Positions 12,618 through 26,288 of a stretch of 64,000 nucleotides of DNA are shown here, piece after piece. Below the pieces are notes generated by a model. The model searched no databases and was not told the DNA's origin. It saw only the letters and a list, made by a program, of their open reading frames with translations. A program made the position numbers and the translations under genes. The DNA comes from Octopus vulgaris (Eukaryota). The stretch is from the NCBI GenBank assembly GCA_951406725.2, contig OX597833.1, positions 60,636,001 to 60,700,000 of the forward strand, in the 5' to 3' direction. Numbering within the stretch: the stretch's first letter is position 1; the number at the start of each line of letters is the position of its first letter.

Positions 12618-12893
12618 TAGTTTGAAGGGTGTTTGTTATGGGTGGTCAGAGAGTGACCACTGGTTTCACACCTGTAAGGTGCTTAGCTGTATAGGCAACT
12701 TGTCACACTTGAATGGCCAAAGAGCACATAACCCTCTTTCAAATGGAGGGAGGAAAATCGCATGGTCAGTTGCAGAGAAGTTATATGCCTCCGGCCATTT
12801 GAGTTTGGTGAGTCACCTATACAGCTAAGCACCTTTATAGGTGTGGAACCGAGGTCACTCTTTGACTGGCCATAACAAACAACCTTCTAAATA
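12618..12893. mobile_element. Fold-back MITE with ~120-bp imperfect TIRs
   Basis: gaagggtgtttgttatggg...ggtgcttagctgtatagg mirrors cctatacagctaagcacc...cccataacaaacaaccttc. Confidence 0.75.
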
Positions 12894-13275
12894 TGTGTGT
12901 GTGTGTGTGAGAGAAGTTGAGGTTATTATTTTAAAGTGAGTTTAAGAACAACAGAAATAATTTACTGATGGAGGAAGGGCGGGTGGGGGGACTCAGAGTC
13001 AAACCTGTTGTAAAGTTTGTGTTGATTGGGATTTGATCGGTTGAATTAGCCATCAGGCAAAACAAAAGTTTCAGTCAACACAAATACAATGTATGCATGT
13101 ATGTCCAATATATAGATAGGGGTTATGAAGGTAACCCACTATGGGATATCGGTTATCCGATATACTGCTGGTGAAGTACCCAAATACTAAATACATAAAT
13201 GCTTATAATTGCAATGCAATTAATTCATTTATTGTATTGAATGGGTGAAGGTAAAAAATATTTTACCGTAAATTG

Positions 13276-13494
13276 ATAATACAAATAAGAAAATGGAGGA
13301 ACAAATTCATTTCGATCATCAACTTATGGATATTGCAATTTCATATTATTTATTAATTATACAAATAGGAACATGAAAATCGAACAAAACAATATACATT
13401 CCTATTTGTATAATTAATAAATAATATGAAATTGTAATATCCGTAAGTTGATGATCGAAATGAATTTGTTCCTCCGTTTTCATATTTGTATTAT
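13276..13494. repeat. Long AT-rich hairpin (~95-bp arms)
   Basis: 13276-13371 is the near-perfect reverse complement of 13398-13494. Confidence 0.9.
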
Positions 13495-13605
13495 ATATAT
13501 ATATTAACAATTGAGGATAAAATCTTTAAAAGAAATTATCAGTAGTTAGCGTGAAAAACCTCGTAAGAGAAAAAATCCGTAAATTTTTCCACTTTGAAAA
13601 TATTC

Positions 13606-13773
13606 ATTTATATTATATTGAAAGTACTACTATTCGTAGATACCATACGCTAAATGATTTGCTTTGAAGTTTTGCATTCGGTAAAATTTTGTTTATTTTA
13701 GTAGTTTTGACCGCATTGGTCCCTCTTAGCGTATGGTATCTACGAATAGTAGTACCCTCAATATAATATAAAT
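13606..13773. repeat. Inverted repeat (~48-bp arms)
   Basis: gtactactattcgtagataccatacgctaa / ttagcgtatggtatctacgaatagtagtac. Confidence 0.9.
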
Positions 13774-14619
13774 ATATATATGTATGTATGCCAGGGTGGT
13801 TATTTTTATAAAAACAGCATTGTGCAGTCTAGTACCAAACTCTGCAGATTGTGATAATATACACGGGACCAGTTCAATAACTGGCGAAATCTATTTACAC
13901 AAGTATGAAGATTTAAATAAAAAGGAAATGTGAGGTTGTAGCATTCATGGCGTTCCCAAATGAGGTAACACAAAAGTGGTAGTAACCAGCAATAGGAACT
14001 GGTTTCCACAGAGTTCTCTCTCTCTCTCTCTCTCTTCTATGTTGACTGCCATTATATATAACTGTGGCACCTGAAGACGCAAACAACTGTAGTGATTAAT
14101 AAAGAGGTAAAAACACACACATACAACAGATAAAGTTTATAGTCCAATAAAAAGGGGAATGGTGTTTAAAGATTGGTTTGTTTTTTCACCATTGCCTGTT
14201 TGTCTGTCCCCGTACACCACGAAATAGTTTTACATAAATATGCCCTCTCCCCTCCTCCTATCTCATCGTTTATTTTTATATAAATTGTAGAAAGCGGTGA
14301 ATGAAAAAGTAGTCGACCCATTAAACAACTTTGCAATGTTACTTCATACTTTTTTTTTTAAACTGAGATAAAATAATTTCTCAAAAGAAGATTAGAAAAC
14401 ACACTGATCGATACACACATACACACATTTAATATGTGCATACATGTATGTATATAAATACACACATACACACATATATATATATTAATGCATTAATTTA
14501 TAAAAGATATAGAAAGATCAACAAAGCTGAAATAGTTTCATTTAGTTGTAGCTCTTCAGTCAACCATACACTTAGTGATGAGTTGAAAGGAATTTATACA
14601 TATATATATATACATATAT

Positions 14620-14990
14620 AAAATAATAATATGAGGAAATATTATTCCAAACTTACAGGGAAAAATTCAATTTAGAAATACTAAATCAAATTTCACAAAA
14701 TATAATATATATATATAAATTAGAAAAAAAAACACCTTTTAACAATTCAAAATGAAAAATTAAATTACACCATCTAGAAAATTACATATAATAGAAAGAT
14801 TAAAAATATAATGATGATTAAGTAATGTGCAAAATTCTACCAAGTATATACGTTTTATTCATTATTTTGCACATTACTTAATTATCATTATATTTTTTAA
14901 TTTTATATTTAATCTTTCTATTATATGTAATTTTCTAGATGGTGTAATTTAATTTTTCATTTTGAATTGATAAAAGGTGGTTTTTTTCTA

Positions 14991-15000
<10 letters not shown>
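14620..15000. repeat. TA-flanked fold-back element (~125-bp arms, 14711-15000); shorter inverted copy at 6853-7060
   Basis: aaattagaaaaaaaaacaccttttaacaattcaaaatg... mirrors ...cattttgaattgataaaaggtggtttttttctaattt; 14620-14710 matches 6970-7060 in reverse. Confidence 0.85.
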
Positions 15001-15040
<40 letters not shown>

Positions 15041-15498
15041 GTATGTATATGTATGTATACACATACACACGTGTGTGTATATATGTATCTATATGTGTGT
15101 GTGTGTTTGAGTGTCCTCCTTCATTTCTACACTTGACACAACTCCAGTGCTTGAAACAAGACCAGTGTTGAATTAAAAACAGTAACTTTGCCAATCGTTG
15201 CAGTATAGAACAAAAACCTAAGTCCTGGGGGATCTTTATGGTTGACTAAACACTTCAGAAGATATTTCAGCATAGCCACAGTCCAATGACTGAAACCAGT
15301 AAAACAATAAAAGGAAATACAAATATATGTGTATGTGTGTATGTTTGTGTGTGTGCACATATACAGGTGCATATATATATATGCACATTATATATTTTAT
15401 ATACATGCATACATACGTGTGTGCCCATATATGTTTATATATACACATACATATATATCACATATGTATCATATATATGATGTATATCATAGATATCA

Positions 15499-15535
<37 letters not shown>

Positions 15536-16102
15536 TAAATATCATAATATATCATTCATATATATATATTCATATATATATATCATATATATATATATAT
15601 CATAAATATCATTCATATATATATATCATATATATATATATATCATAAATATCATTCATATATATATATCATATATATATATATATCATAATATCATATA
15701 TATATATATCATCATAAATATCATAAATCATATATATATATCATATATATATATATATATGATATATATCATAAATATCATTCATATATATATCATATAT
15801 ATCATATATATACATGATATATGTCATTCATATATATATATATATCATATATATACATATGATATATATCATATGTATATGATATAAATCATATCATTCA
15901 TATTTATGCCATATATATATATAAAGTACAAATACACACATGTACACATATATAAAATATTCAGATGAATGTATGTATGTTTGTTTATATATATAAAATC
16001 GTTATATATATATATACATATATATACATATATATATATATATATCAAATGTCAATAAATTTAAAAGTATACTTCATCCCAAATAGAAAAACTGTTTTAT
16101 AG

Positions 16103-16173
16103 TTATGAACATTCTGTCCGAGTTGTCATCATATTTCCGATTCTCTGGGTTACTGTCCGACATTTCTGACCAC
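16103..16173 (-). CDS. DNAJB9: DnaJ homolog subfamily B member 9 (ERdj4), last coding exon (GGQKCRTVTQRIGNMMTTRTECS*)
   Basis: Acceptor tttcag at 16174-16179, phase 1; matches the characteristic DNAJB9 C-terminal CRTVTQRxGNMxTTxTxCS motif; stop TAA 16103-16105. Confidence 0.9.
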
Positions 16174-16264
16174 CTGAAACGAATTCAATATGAAATTACA
16201 TGGATTAAGATATTGAATAATTAGCACACATGGCATGAAATAATTCCAATAATTTCAATGGATG

Positions 16265-16653
16265 TTTTACTCTTTACTCTTTTACTTGTTTCAGTCATTT
16301 GACTGCAGCATGCTGGAGCACCGCCTTTAGTCGAGCAAATCGACCCCGGGACTTATTCTTTGTAAGCCCAGTACTTATTCTATCGGTCTCTTTTTGCAGA
16401 ACCGCTAAGTGACAGGGACGTAAACACACAAGCATCGGTTGTCAAGCAATGCTAGGGGGATAAACACAGACACACAAACATACACATACGAAGGGCTTCT
16501 TTCAGTTTCCGTCTACCAAATCCACTCACAAGGCATTGGTCGGCCCGGGGCTATAGCAGAAGACACTTGCCCAAGATGCCACGCAGTGGGACTGAACCCG
16601 GAACCATGTGGTTGGTAAGCAAGCTACTTACCACACAGCCACTCCTGCGCCTA
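16265..16653 (-). mobile_element. SINE family B (tRNA-derived head, internal TA/TG microsatellite, AGTAAAAG-type tail)
   Basis: Head taggcgcaggagtggctgtgtggtaag...gggttcagtccc, then ccttgggcaagtg, tail gaaacaagtaaaagagtaaa. Other copies: 9578-9905(-), 17331-17932(-), 22109-22465(+), 25155-25563(+), 34858-37335(+, interrupted), 39359-39752(+), 44393-44806(-), 50797-51088(+), 60429-60817(-). Confidence 0.85.
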
Positions 16654-18001
16654 TTTTTTAATGCATTTATGAGACAACACCTGCAGTAGAATTGACATAT
16701 CATAAATTTTCAACAACAGAAAAATAGTTTGGTATATATAGACTGTAAGTGGGACCAAACAGGGTTGTTTAGTACCAGATCTTGATTTTACAGGCCTATG
16801 GCCATTTGCATTCCAGCCATGACCCACCAGTCTTTCTATTTCCATTTTTATTTTTAGATTCAATCTCACCGTGTGATACGCTGACCAAATGTTTTTTATT
16901 ACAATTCTGGATCAACCAAAGCATTTTAAATGGATTTGGTAGACAGAAACTGAGAGAAACCTGTGTGTGTGTTTGTGCGTGCATGTACTTATCTATGAGT
17001 GTATGAACATTTGGGTTTCCACGTCTTGACATTGTGTGAAAGTCACAAACGTGCATCACTGTCATTCATATCAATCTTCCACGAAAAAGATTACCTTATT
17101 TGAGAACAAGTGAGGGCTGGTGACAAGAAGGGCATCGAGTCATAGAAAAATCTGTCTTAATAAACTTCATCTGACCCATGCAAACATGGAAAGATGGACG
17201 TTAAAACAACAATGATAAATCTATTACTATTATATTTGTAGAGTTTTCCTTCCCCTTTCCACCATATATGTAATAACCGAACTCCTAAACCAATAATTTT
17301 ATCTATAGCTTTGTTTTTGTACTATATTACCCTTTACTCTTGTTTCAGTCATTTGACTGTGGCCATGCTGGAGCACCGCCTTTAGTCGAGCAAATCGACC
17401 CCAAGATTTATTCTTTGTAAGCCCCTAGTACTTATTCTATCGGTCTCTTTTGCCAAGCCGCTAAGTGACAGGGATGTAAACACACCAGCATCGGTTGTCA
17501 AGTGATGTTGGGGGTACAAACACAGACACACAAACTTATACACACACATCATCATCCTTTAACGTTCGTTTTCCATGCTAGCATGGGTTAGACGGTTTGA
17601 CCGGTATCTGGGAAGCCAGGAGGCTGCACCAGGCTCCAGTCTGATCTGGCAGTGTTTCTACAGCTGGATGCCCTTCCTAACACCAACCACTCTGTGAGTG
17701 TAGTGGGTGCTTTTTACGTGGCACTGGCACAGGTGCCAGGGGAGGCTGGCAACGGCCACGATATATACGATGGGCCTCTTTCAGTTTCCATCTACCTAAT
17801 CCACTCACAGGGCTTTGGTCGGCCTGAGGCCATAGTAGAAGACACTTGCCCAAGGTGCCACGCAGTGGGACTGAACCCAGAACCATGTGGTTGGTAAGCA
17901 AGCTACTTACCACACAGCCACTCCTACGCCTATTCAGATCTGCTAAATTAAAACTTTTTCTAAAAATTATTTGATATTTACAAGAAAATTGTTTTACTCA
18001 C

Positions 18002-18370
18002 CTGATGAATGCGATGAACTAAAAAAGCTGTTCATATGTCCACTGTATTTAGCATGAGGTTGTTCAAAAAAATCTTCAAAATTATCAAAACTGAAAAAAT
18101 CCTCGTTGTCATCACTATCACCAAAGAAATCATCAAATCGGAAGAAAGAATCATCGTCGTTGATTTTTATGTACTGTCCCCCTCCACCTCTTCCCTGGGA
18201 ATTCTGACTACTGCGATGACTGGATGAGAAGAAATTATCAAAGCTGGAGCCAAACAAATCTTCAAAATTAAAAGAATGTGTTCCTTGAGAGAAGTCATCC
18301 TGACTATCGCCAGTGTCGCCAAATTTGTCGTAACGTTCCTTCTTCTCAGGGTTTGACAAGATTTCATAAG
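18002..18370 (-). CDS. DNAJB9: DNAJB9 second coding exon (end of J domain and G/F-rich region)
   Basis: Acceptor tcttttaaag at 18371, donor G|gtgagt at 18001; 369 nt, phase 1-1; AYEILSNPEKKERYDKFG followed by FNFEDLF/FDDFF. Confidence 0.92.
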
Positions 18371-19305
18371 CTTTAAAAGAAAAATTGGGAGAAATAATTA
18401 AAAAAAACATTTTCAAATTGAAAAAAAAAAACAAACTGTATATATCGAAACAGTAAAAATCGAAATCGATCAAAAATCAATGGAAATTGTAGTTTTGATA
18501 CCAGTGTTGGTGGCATGTAAAAGAACCATCCGAACGTGGCCGTTGCCAGTGTCGCCTCGACTGGCCTCCGTGCTGGTGGCACATAGAAAGCACCAACCGA
18601 TCATGGCCATTGCCAGCCTTGCCTGGCACATAAAAAGCACCCACTACACTCATGGAGTGGTTGGCGTTAGGAAGGGCATCCAGCTGTAGAAACACTGCCA
18701 GATCAGACTGGGCCTGGTGCAGCCTCCTGGCTTCCCAGACCCTGGTCGAACTGTTCAACCCATGCTAGCATGGAAAGCGGACGTTAAACGATGATGATGA
18801 TGATGATTTCTTTAAACAACAATTTTTAATTGATTTGTACTGAAGTTAATATTGTCTTCTTCCACATCACTATATAATGTCATCCATTGTTGTCATCATT
18901 TTAATGCCACTTTTCTATGATGACATGGGTTAGACAGAATTTGATGATCCAGATTTTTTATGGATGGATGCTCCTCCTGTTGCTGACCCTCATCTCACTA
19001 AGAAGGTCTAGTTAGCTGTAAACAGATACCACAAGGGAGCAGCAACTCAGCACAATAAATCTGTGTGATGTTATCATGAGCTGAGTTAATTTCTTTCATG
19101 GACAAAGCTTGACCACCACCAGAAAAAAGCCATCCGACCAATTGGTCAAGTCTCATTCACCAACATAACACTTGGACTATCAAGAACCATTAAAAAAAAT
19201 TCCCATTAGATTAATCTGTCTTGGATACGTTCTATAACGACTGCTTTCAATGAGGCCCCTACAATCCAATATATATAAAATAGGAAAGAAGAGAGAGTGG
19301 AGGAG

Positions 19306-19412
<107 letters not shown>

Positions 19413-20033
19413 CTTTCAGAGTTATTAGGATTGATTTAATGCCTTAACATTTAAACCAGCTATATCCAGCCCAAATATTCTGTTTTATGTTCAAGCTGGA
19501 CAGATCCAACCTCTTACACCTACCTCACACTGTCATTCTAAAAATGCACAATCATATTGTTCACACCGCAAAGCTGTGATATAATGCATGATTAATCCGA
19601 AACAATGAGATTGAAATCGAAATCGATCAAAATCAATGGAAATTGTAGTTGTGATATCAGTGCCGGTGGCACGTAAAAGAACCATCCGAACGTGGCCGTT
19701 GCCAGCGCCTCCCCGCCAGTGGCACATAAAAGCACCAACTGATCGTGGCCATTGCTAGCTTCGTCTGGCACGTAAAAAGCACCCACTACACTCACGGAGT
19801 GGTTGGCGTTAGGAAGGGCATCCAGCTGTAGAAACACTGCCAGATCAGACTGGAGCCTGGTGCAGCCTCCTGGCTTCCCAGATCCCGGTCGAAGTGTCCA
19901 ACCCATGCTAGCATGGAAAGCAGACGTTAAATGATGATGATGATGAACATACGACAGAGTAATCTGAATGCAAGAAGGTTGTGGTAAAAAAACCCAAAAC
20001 AAAAAAAAAAAATTTTAATTAAATAATCCTTAC

Positions 20034-20259
20034 CTTTACTAATTTCTACAAATTTTTTTTCAGCTTCAGGGTTATCTTTATTTTTATCTGGGTGGTATTT
20101 TAGGGCTAATTTTCTAAAGGCACTCCTAATTGTCTTTTGAGAAGATCCTCGTTTTATGCCAAGTATTTCATACAGGTCTTTGTTTGCCTCAAATGATATG
20201 ACCTCCTGTACAAGAACGCTCGACAGAGCAGTGAAGAGCAGCATTTTGTTGAAATACAT
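20034..20259 (-). CDS. DNAJB9: DNAJB9 first coding exon (signal peptide and J domain with HPD)
   Basis: [17 protein letters not shown]...DLYEILG...[14 protein letters not shown]...FVEISK; donor G|gtaagg at 20033; upstream acceptor tttttttcag at 20274 implies a 5'-UTR intron. Spliced CDS 226+369+71 = 666 nt. Confidence 0.93.
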
Positions 20260-20954
20260 TTTTACACTTTGATCTGAAAAAAAGAAACAAAAGGAACAGC
20301 TATTAAAAGCTAAATCAGATTTTAATGATTCTTCCTTAAACAGTACAAAGAAGTAAATTAGAAATATATTATACTCTTAAAAGATGACTGAGAGACAAAA
20401 AAATAAAACAGAAAAAGAACTTTTTAAAAAGTGAAACAGATGTAGGCATGGCTGTGTGGTTAAAAACCTTGCTTTGGAACCACATGGTTTAGGGTTCAGT
20501 CCCACAGTGCAGTATCTTGGGTAAGTGTTGTTTTCTATAATTCCAGGTCAGTTAATGCATTGGGTGGATTTGGTAGATGAAAATTGTGGAAACCTGTATA
20601 TCATCATCATCATTTAACGTCTGCTTTCCATGCTAGCATGGGTTGGACGATTTGACTGAGGACTGGCAAACCAGATGGCTGCGCCAGGCTCCAATCTGAT
20701 CTGGCAGAGTTTCTACAGCTGGATGCCCTTCCTAACGCCAACCACTCTGAGAGTGTAGTGGGTGTTTTTAAAGTGTCACCGGCACGAGGGTCAGCCTAGT
20801 GGTACTGGCAATGGCCATGTTCGAAAATTGTGTTTTCTACGTACCACCTGCACAGGAGTCAGTCCAGCAGCACTGGCAACGACCTCGTTCGAACATTTTG
20901 TTCACATGCCACCGGCACAAGTGCCAGTGAGGCGACGCTGACAACGATCACATA

Positions 20955-21812
20955 CAGTACTATGCAAAAGTCTTCAGCCACTTTAAACTATTGTAAATTT
21001 TACTAATTGCCAACTTTAAAGTGGATGTTTTGCATTGCATTTCTTACACATGAAACATTGGCCCTGTTGGAGTCATTTCCATACCAAATCATTATATTTT
21101 GTAGTAAGGGTTCTGAATGAGAGGGGAAGATGTGAGACAACCACCAAAAATGGCCACGCAAAAGTTTTTCACCACCTCACATAATCCAGTCAAGTGTTTT
21201 AAAACAGAAAAATGTCTAGAATGAAAATTTATTACATAATGTTCATTTCAAGAAGTTACTGTACATTGTTAATGTTTTGTGTGGCTTCCCCTAGCTTGAA
21301 AAATTGCTTCAATGGGCCTGGGAAGAGATGTGTACAAATCCTTCACCATCTTCACAAGTATGAGATGCCATTCTCTGTGGCTGAGCTCCCACAACTCTTC
21401 AAGATTGCATGGATTCTTCTGATGAACTATTCTCCTTAGTTCTGTCCACATTTGCTCGATGACATCTAAGTCAGGGCTCTGAGCTGGCCAATCTTTCAAT
21501 ACGGAAACACCTTCATCAGCCACACTCTGTTGTGTTGCACGTGATCTGCAGCATGGAGCTCCATCATGCTGAAAAATCTCACCTTCATCCAAGTCTGGTA
21601 TCAAATTGTCCTTCAGCAACTGAATGAATTTGGCACAACTAAAGTTACCGTCAGTTTTAACCAACTTTCTTGAACCATCACTTTTTATGTATTCCCAAAG
21701 CATCAGACTCTTACCCCCAAACTTCAATGTTTTCCTCATGTAACGTGGGTCGTTTCGCTTTCTAATAAGCGAGAATTTGTCAGAAGGCCACCAGGAAAGC
21801 GAAACGACCCAC
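20955..21812 (-). mobile_element. 5'-truncated Tc1-family transposon (C-terminal DDE transposase 21269-21762 and one TIR)
   Basis: KFGGKSLMLW, FQHDGAP, WPAQSPDLDVIE, LYTSLPRPIEA motifs; terminus TA|cagtactatgcaaaag at 20953; inner direct repeat gcaaaagtttttcaccac near 21158. Confidence 0.9.
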
Positions 21813-23421
21813 ATAACCCTAACCTCTCCACAACTGCTTGACAACATTGTTGGTTTGTTTATGTCCCTGTAATTTGGTGGTTCGGCAAAAGAGACCTAAA
21901 GCATAAGTACCGGACTTCAAAGAATAAGTACCGAGGTTGATTTATGTTCAAGTAAAATCCTTCAAGGCAATGCTCCAGCATGGACGCAGTCCAGTAATTG
22001 AAACAAGAAAAAAAATAAAACTTTCCTGAATCTTTCAAAGACAGGTGAGTCCTAAATGAAACAGCATAATTTTGGTGCCACCAGGATTGACAAAATAAAT
22101 ACCACTAATAGGTGCAGGAGTGGCTGTGTGGTAAGTAGCTTGCTTACCAACCACATGGTTCCGGGTTCAGTCCCACTGCGTGGCACCCTGGGCAAGTGCC
22201 TTCTACTGGAAACTGAAAGACCATCGTATATATGTATTTGTATATATATGTAGGTATGTGTGTGTGCTTGTCTGTTTGTCCCCCCACCATTGCTTGACAA
22301 CCGATGCTGTTGTGTTTACATCCCCGTAACTTAGCGGTTCGGCAAAAGGGACCGATAGAATAAGTACTAGGCTTACAAAGAATAAGTCCTGGGGTCGATT
22401 TGCTCAACTAAAGGCAGTGCTCCAGCATGGCCGCAGTCAAATGACTGAAACGAATAAAAGAGTAATACAAGTCTTTCTAATGGAGGCACAAGGAAAAGTT
22501 GTGAAGGAGAGAATCAATTGACATCAACCTCAGTACATGACTGGTACTTTATTCTCATTGACCCAGAAGGTACAAAAGGCAAAATTGACTCTGACAGGAT
22601 TTGAACTCAAAATCTATGAAATTGGATAAAGCCCACAAGACATTTTGTCTAACACTGTAACGATTCTGCCAACCTTATTAACTATTGTCTTCAGTCTCTG
22701 TTAAAAGTCAAGGAAGCTTCTAAATAGTCAACCAGCCTGCTAAAAATAGCAGCCAAAGTTTCTGTCAATCTCACCTTATTCATATAAGAAGGAAGGACAC
22801 TCTAATCCTCGATATACTGTCAGAAATAAAGTGAAGATTGTCATGGATTCAGGATAAGCAAGAATAACCATAGTACTAGTTATACTAACACAAATCACAG
22901 TGACTCAATATAGGCACTTGACCTACAGGTCAAATTTCATATCACCCACGACTGTCTAAAAAAAATTATAAATTGGATAGTGTAATCTGCGTAATATTAT
23001 GCTCTTGACATATGGCTAGGTGATCACAGACAGGATGTTGCTAATATTTACAGCAAACTAACATGTAGGTCTCTATGTGGTCAAATCTGCTAGAAATAGC
23101 AACCAAATCACACAGTGTTGTACTTTACGAGTTTAAAAAAAAATACAATGCCTATTGAATAATGTAGTCTGAGAGAAATTCGTAAAAAAGTTTTTATGAA
23201 AATTGGATGGTTGGTCATGGATGGAATGGGTTTTTTTTTATATCCTAGTGGGACCAACTTGGGATCGAACAAAACTAGATAGCGATATAGTCTGTACCAT
23301 ATTGTGCTTCGTCTTCTGGCGGTGACGTAATATCTGGGACATAAACTTGTAATTTAGACTGAAAGATTAAAACAATTACGATAAACAGCGGAATCTCAGT
23401 GACAAGAATAAAAAAATAATT

Positions 23422-23860
23422 GGCGATCTTTCGTCTCTAGTAGACCTTTCCGTCGATTTCCGTAAAAAATTTTTTTTTATTTTTACATATTGGCTTGCGG
23501 GAACTTTTGAAGTAATGAGAGAGAAAGAGACTAAGAGAAAGCGATTGTATGACGAGGGAAGTTCTTTTGAAGTTACCGTGCATGGACTCTCTCTGTCTCT
23601 TCACACACACTAACAGAAGCACTTCACTTACACAACATACTTTCTGTCTCCCACACCCCATCAAACACACACACACACACACATGTACATCAATGCTCCC
23701 ATGCACGGTAACTTCAAAAGAACTTCCCTCGTCATACAATCGCTTTCTCTTAGTCTCTTTCGCTCTCATTACTTCAAAAGTTCCCGCAAGCCCATATGTA
23801 AAAAAAAAAATTTTTTTTACGGAAATCGACGGAAAGGTCTACTAGAGACGAAAGATCGCC
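23422..23860. mobile_element. MITE with ~165-bp near-perfect TIRs and perfect 8-bp TSD (Merlin-like)
   Basis: TIR ggcgatctttcgtctctagtagacc... at both ends; TSD aaataatt at 23414-23421 and 23861-23868. Confidence 0.85.
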
Positions 23861-24052
23861 AAATAATTAGGAGGTTAATAAAAGGTAGACAGTCTTTCGT
23901 TATATATATATATATATATATAAATATATATAATGGACACAGAAGCAGATTGAAAGGAAGACAGGTGTGCTGAACCATAGAAACTGGTAAACTATAATTT
24001 CATTTAACATAAAGGTCACCCATGGCTTATATTTGTGGAAATGACGATAGGG

Positions 24053-24479
24053 GGATCTTTTCGGTTTGACCGGCAGTTTTTAACATAATTTCCACGAAAC
24101 TAAAAAATTTTAAACTTCGTATACTGGTAGAATGTGTTTATAAAACATCTTTTTCTCTTGGCTTTATTGAGAAAATTCTATAGTTTGTAAGATATTTGTT
24201 GTTGTTGTTTTCTTCCACTTCTGCGATTTCAACCAATCACTGACGTCCATTGAGGTAAAAAAACAACATTCTGTGTCGTATGAATATGTCCCTCGTTTAA
24301 GAAACAGATTGGGTTTATTTACATTTGTGAAGAAAACAGATACCCTTCCCCCACCACTAACCTTAACCCTAACCCTAAAACAGATTGAAATGCAATAGAT
24401 CGATTCTAGGGTCATAATTATGGGTAACAATTTCATCTGACACCGCTAGAAAAAACTACCATTCAAACCAAAAAGATCC
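24053..24479. mobile_element. MITE with ~28-bp TIRs, GG termini and degenerate 8-bp TSD
   Basis: ggatcttttcggtttgaccggcagtttt / aaaactaccattcaaaccaaaaagatcc; flanks cgataggg / cgatgagg. Confidence 0.6.
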
Positions 24480-26288
24480 CGATGAGGAAGTAGAGAAGAG
24501 ATTGTGAGAAGTTGCATGTAAGGCGGAATGTTTACTTTCCATGAAACTTTGTGCTTTATTATTTTTCTTTTTGTATGTCTGCATCGTTGGGATTTACATA
24601 ATGAAGACTGGTTTATTATATAGCGCTTTGTCAAATAATTCGTTACCCACCATTATATGTACATAATGCGAAAACTCGCCGAAAGGTCTAATAAAACTTT
24701 GTGGTTTTTAGGGGCGGAAAAAAAGCGAAAAAAAAAAAAAAGTACAAAGAGACTTTAATGATATCAGAAAGTGAATTGTACTTGAGAAATGTGGTGACAT
24801 AACTGAAGTTTTTTTCTGACATAAGAGTGATAGATGACATCGAAGGAGGTGACACGCTGTCCACCTCGTCAGTTGTCAGCGATCGTATGAAAACAAAACA
24901 GTTTGCTGACAAAAGACACAAACACTTTGAGAAGGGACGATCCAAAGGGGAAACCTTTCTGCTGCCTCCGCCCCCCCCCCCCCGCTGGAAATAGCAGTCA
25001 AGTCTCCTTTAAATTAGAGAAAACATTCGATTAACGGAAACTATCCACGCGCTTAGTAGATAAAAACTCCCTCAAAGATATCGAAATCTTAGAAAGAAGG
25101 GAAATAAACCTGTTGATATCAGCTAGACTTTTTGTAATATAAAATTGATGCAGATAGGCGCAGGAGTGGCTGTGTGGTAAGTAGCTTGTTTAGCAACCAC
25201 ATGGTTCCGGGTTCAGTCCCACTGCGTGGCACCTTGGGCAAGTGTCTTCTACTATAGCCTCGGGCCGACCAATGCCTTGTGAGTGGATTTGGTAGACGGA
25301 AACTGAAAGAAGCCTGTCGTATATATATATATATATATATATGCGTGTGTGTGTATGTGTATGTATATGTTTGTGTGTCTGTGTTTGTCCCTCTAGCATC
25401 GCTTGACAACCGATGCTGGTGTGTTCGGCAAAAAAGACCGATAGAATAAGTACTGGGCTTACAAAAAAATAAGTCCAGGGGTCGATTTGATCGACTAAAG
25501 GCGGTGCTCCAGCATGGCCGCAGTCAAATGACTGAAACAAGTAAAAGAGTAAAGAGTAAAGAGATGTTCAGTGTTTAAAAACAATTGGTGAACACTATGG
25601 ACACGTTTCGGTTATTATCAGAAAAGCGATGTGATGGCAGAATCGGACAAAAGGTTTAGCAGTTTTTCTTCCAGTTTTACGTTCCGAGTTCAAATACCGC
25701 CGAGGTTAACTTTGCCTGTCACCCTTTCATCCAAAATTTCAGACTTTGTGCCTATATATAGTAGAAAGAATTGTTTGAGCTCCTTTGAAATAAATTCAAA
25801 AACCAAATTCACCTGCCTCACCACTATTTTGGAGTTATCCATCTTCCTTATTGACTTCAGATTTTCAAACATCTCCCAAGGGAATCTTTGTCAATAAACT
25901 ACATAGATAATGTCAGTTTACTGAAGTTTTGTTTCCCCCAACTATCTATATTATGTGATACTTTAACGTATATTTAGTATTGCAGAATGATATCTTAGGG
26001 TACTTTCCCTTCAGCCATAGAATACTCTTGATACCTTTACTACGATCACAGTTGGAATAGATTTGATCATAAGTTCTGCTCGGTCAGGGCTGACCTCAGC
26101 TTCAACAACAATTGGCATGGATGTCACAATAAAATTTAGCCAGATATTCAGAGTACACAACGACGAGTGCTCCAACTTGGTGATTAGTCTCAAGTTATTC
26201 TGAATCAGTAGACTGTTCGACCAATAACATTTCAACAGTGATCATCATCTGTAGCTTCATTCATTTTGGTATTATTCCTGCAGTGAGA

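Noticed and set aside
17994-18001. DNAJB9 ending at ...SSGE* as in the ORF track
   Set aside because: A consensus donor gtgagt and a downstream exon carrying the conserved C-terminal motif support splicing instead.
25600-25625. Hammerhead-like ctgataa...gaaacgt on the minus strand
   Set aside because: Core mutated and stems I and II cannot form.
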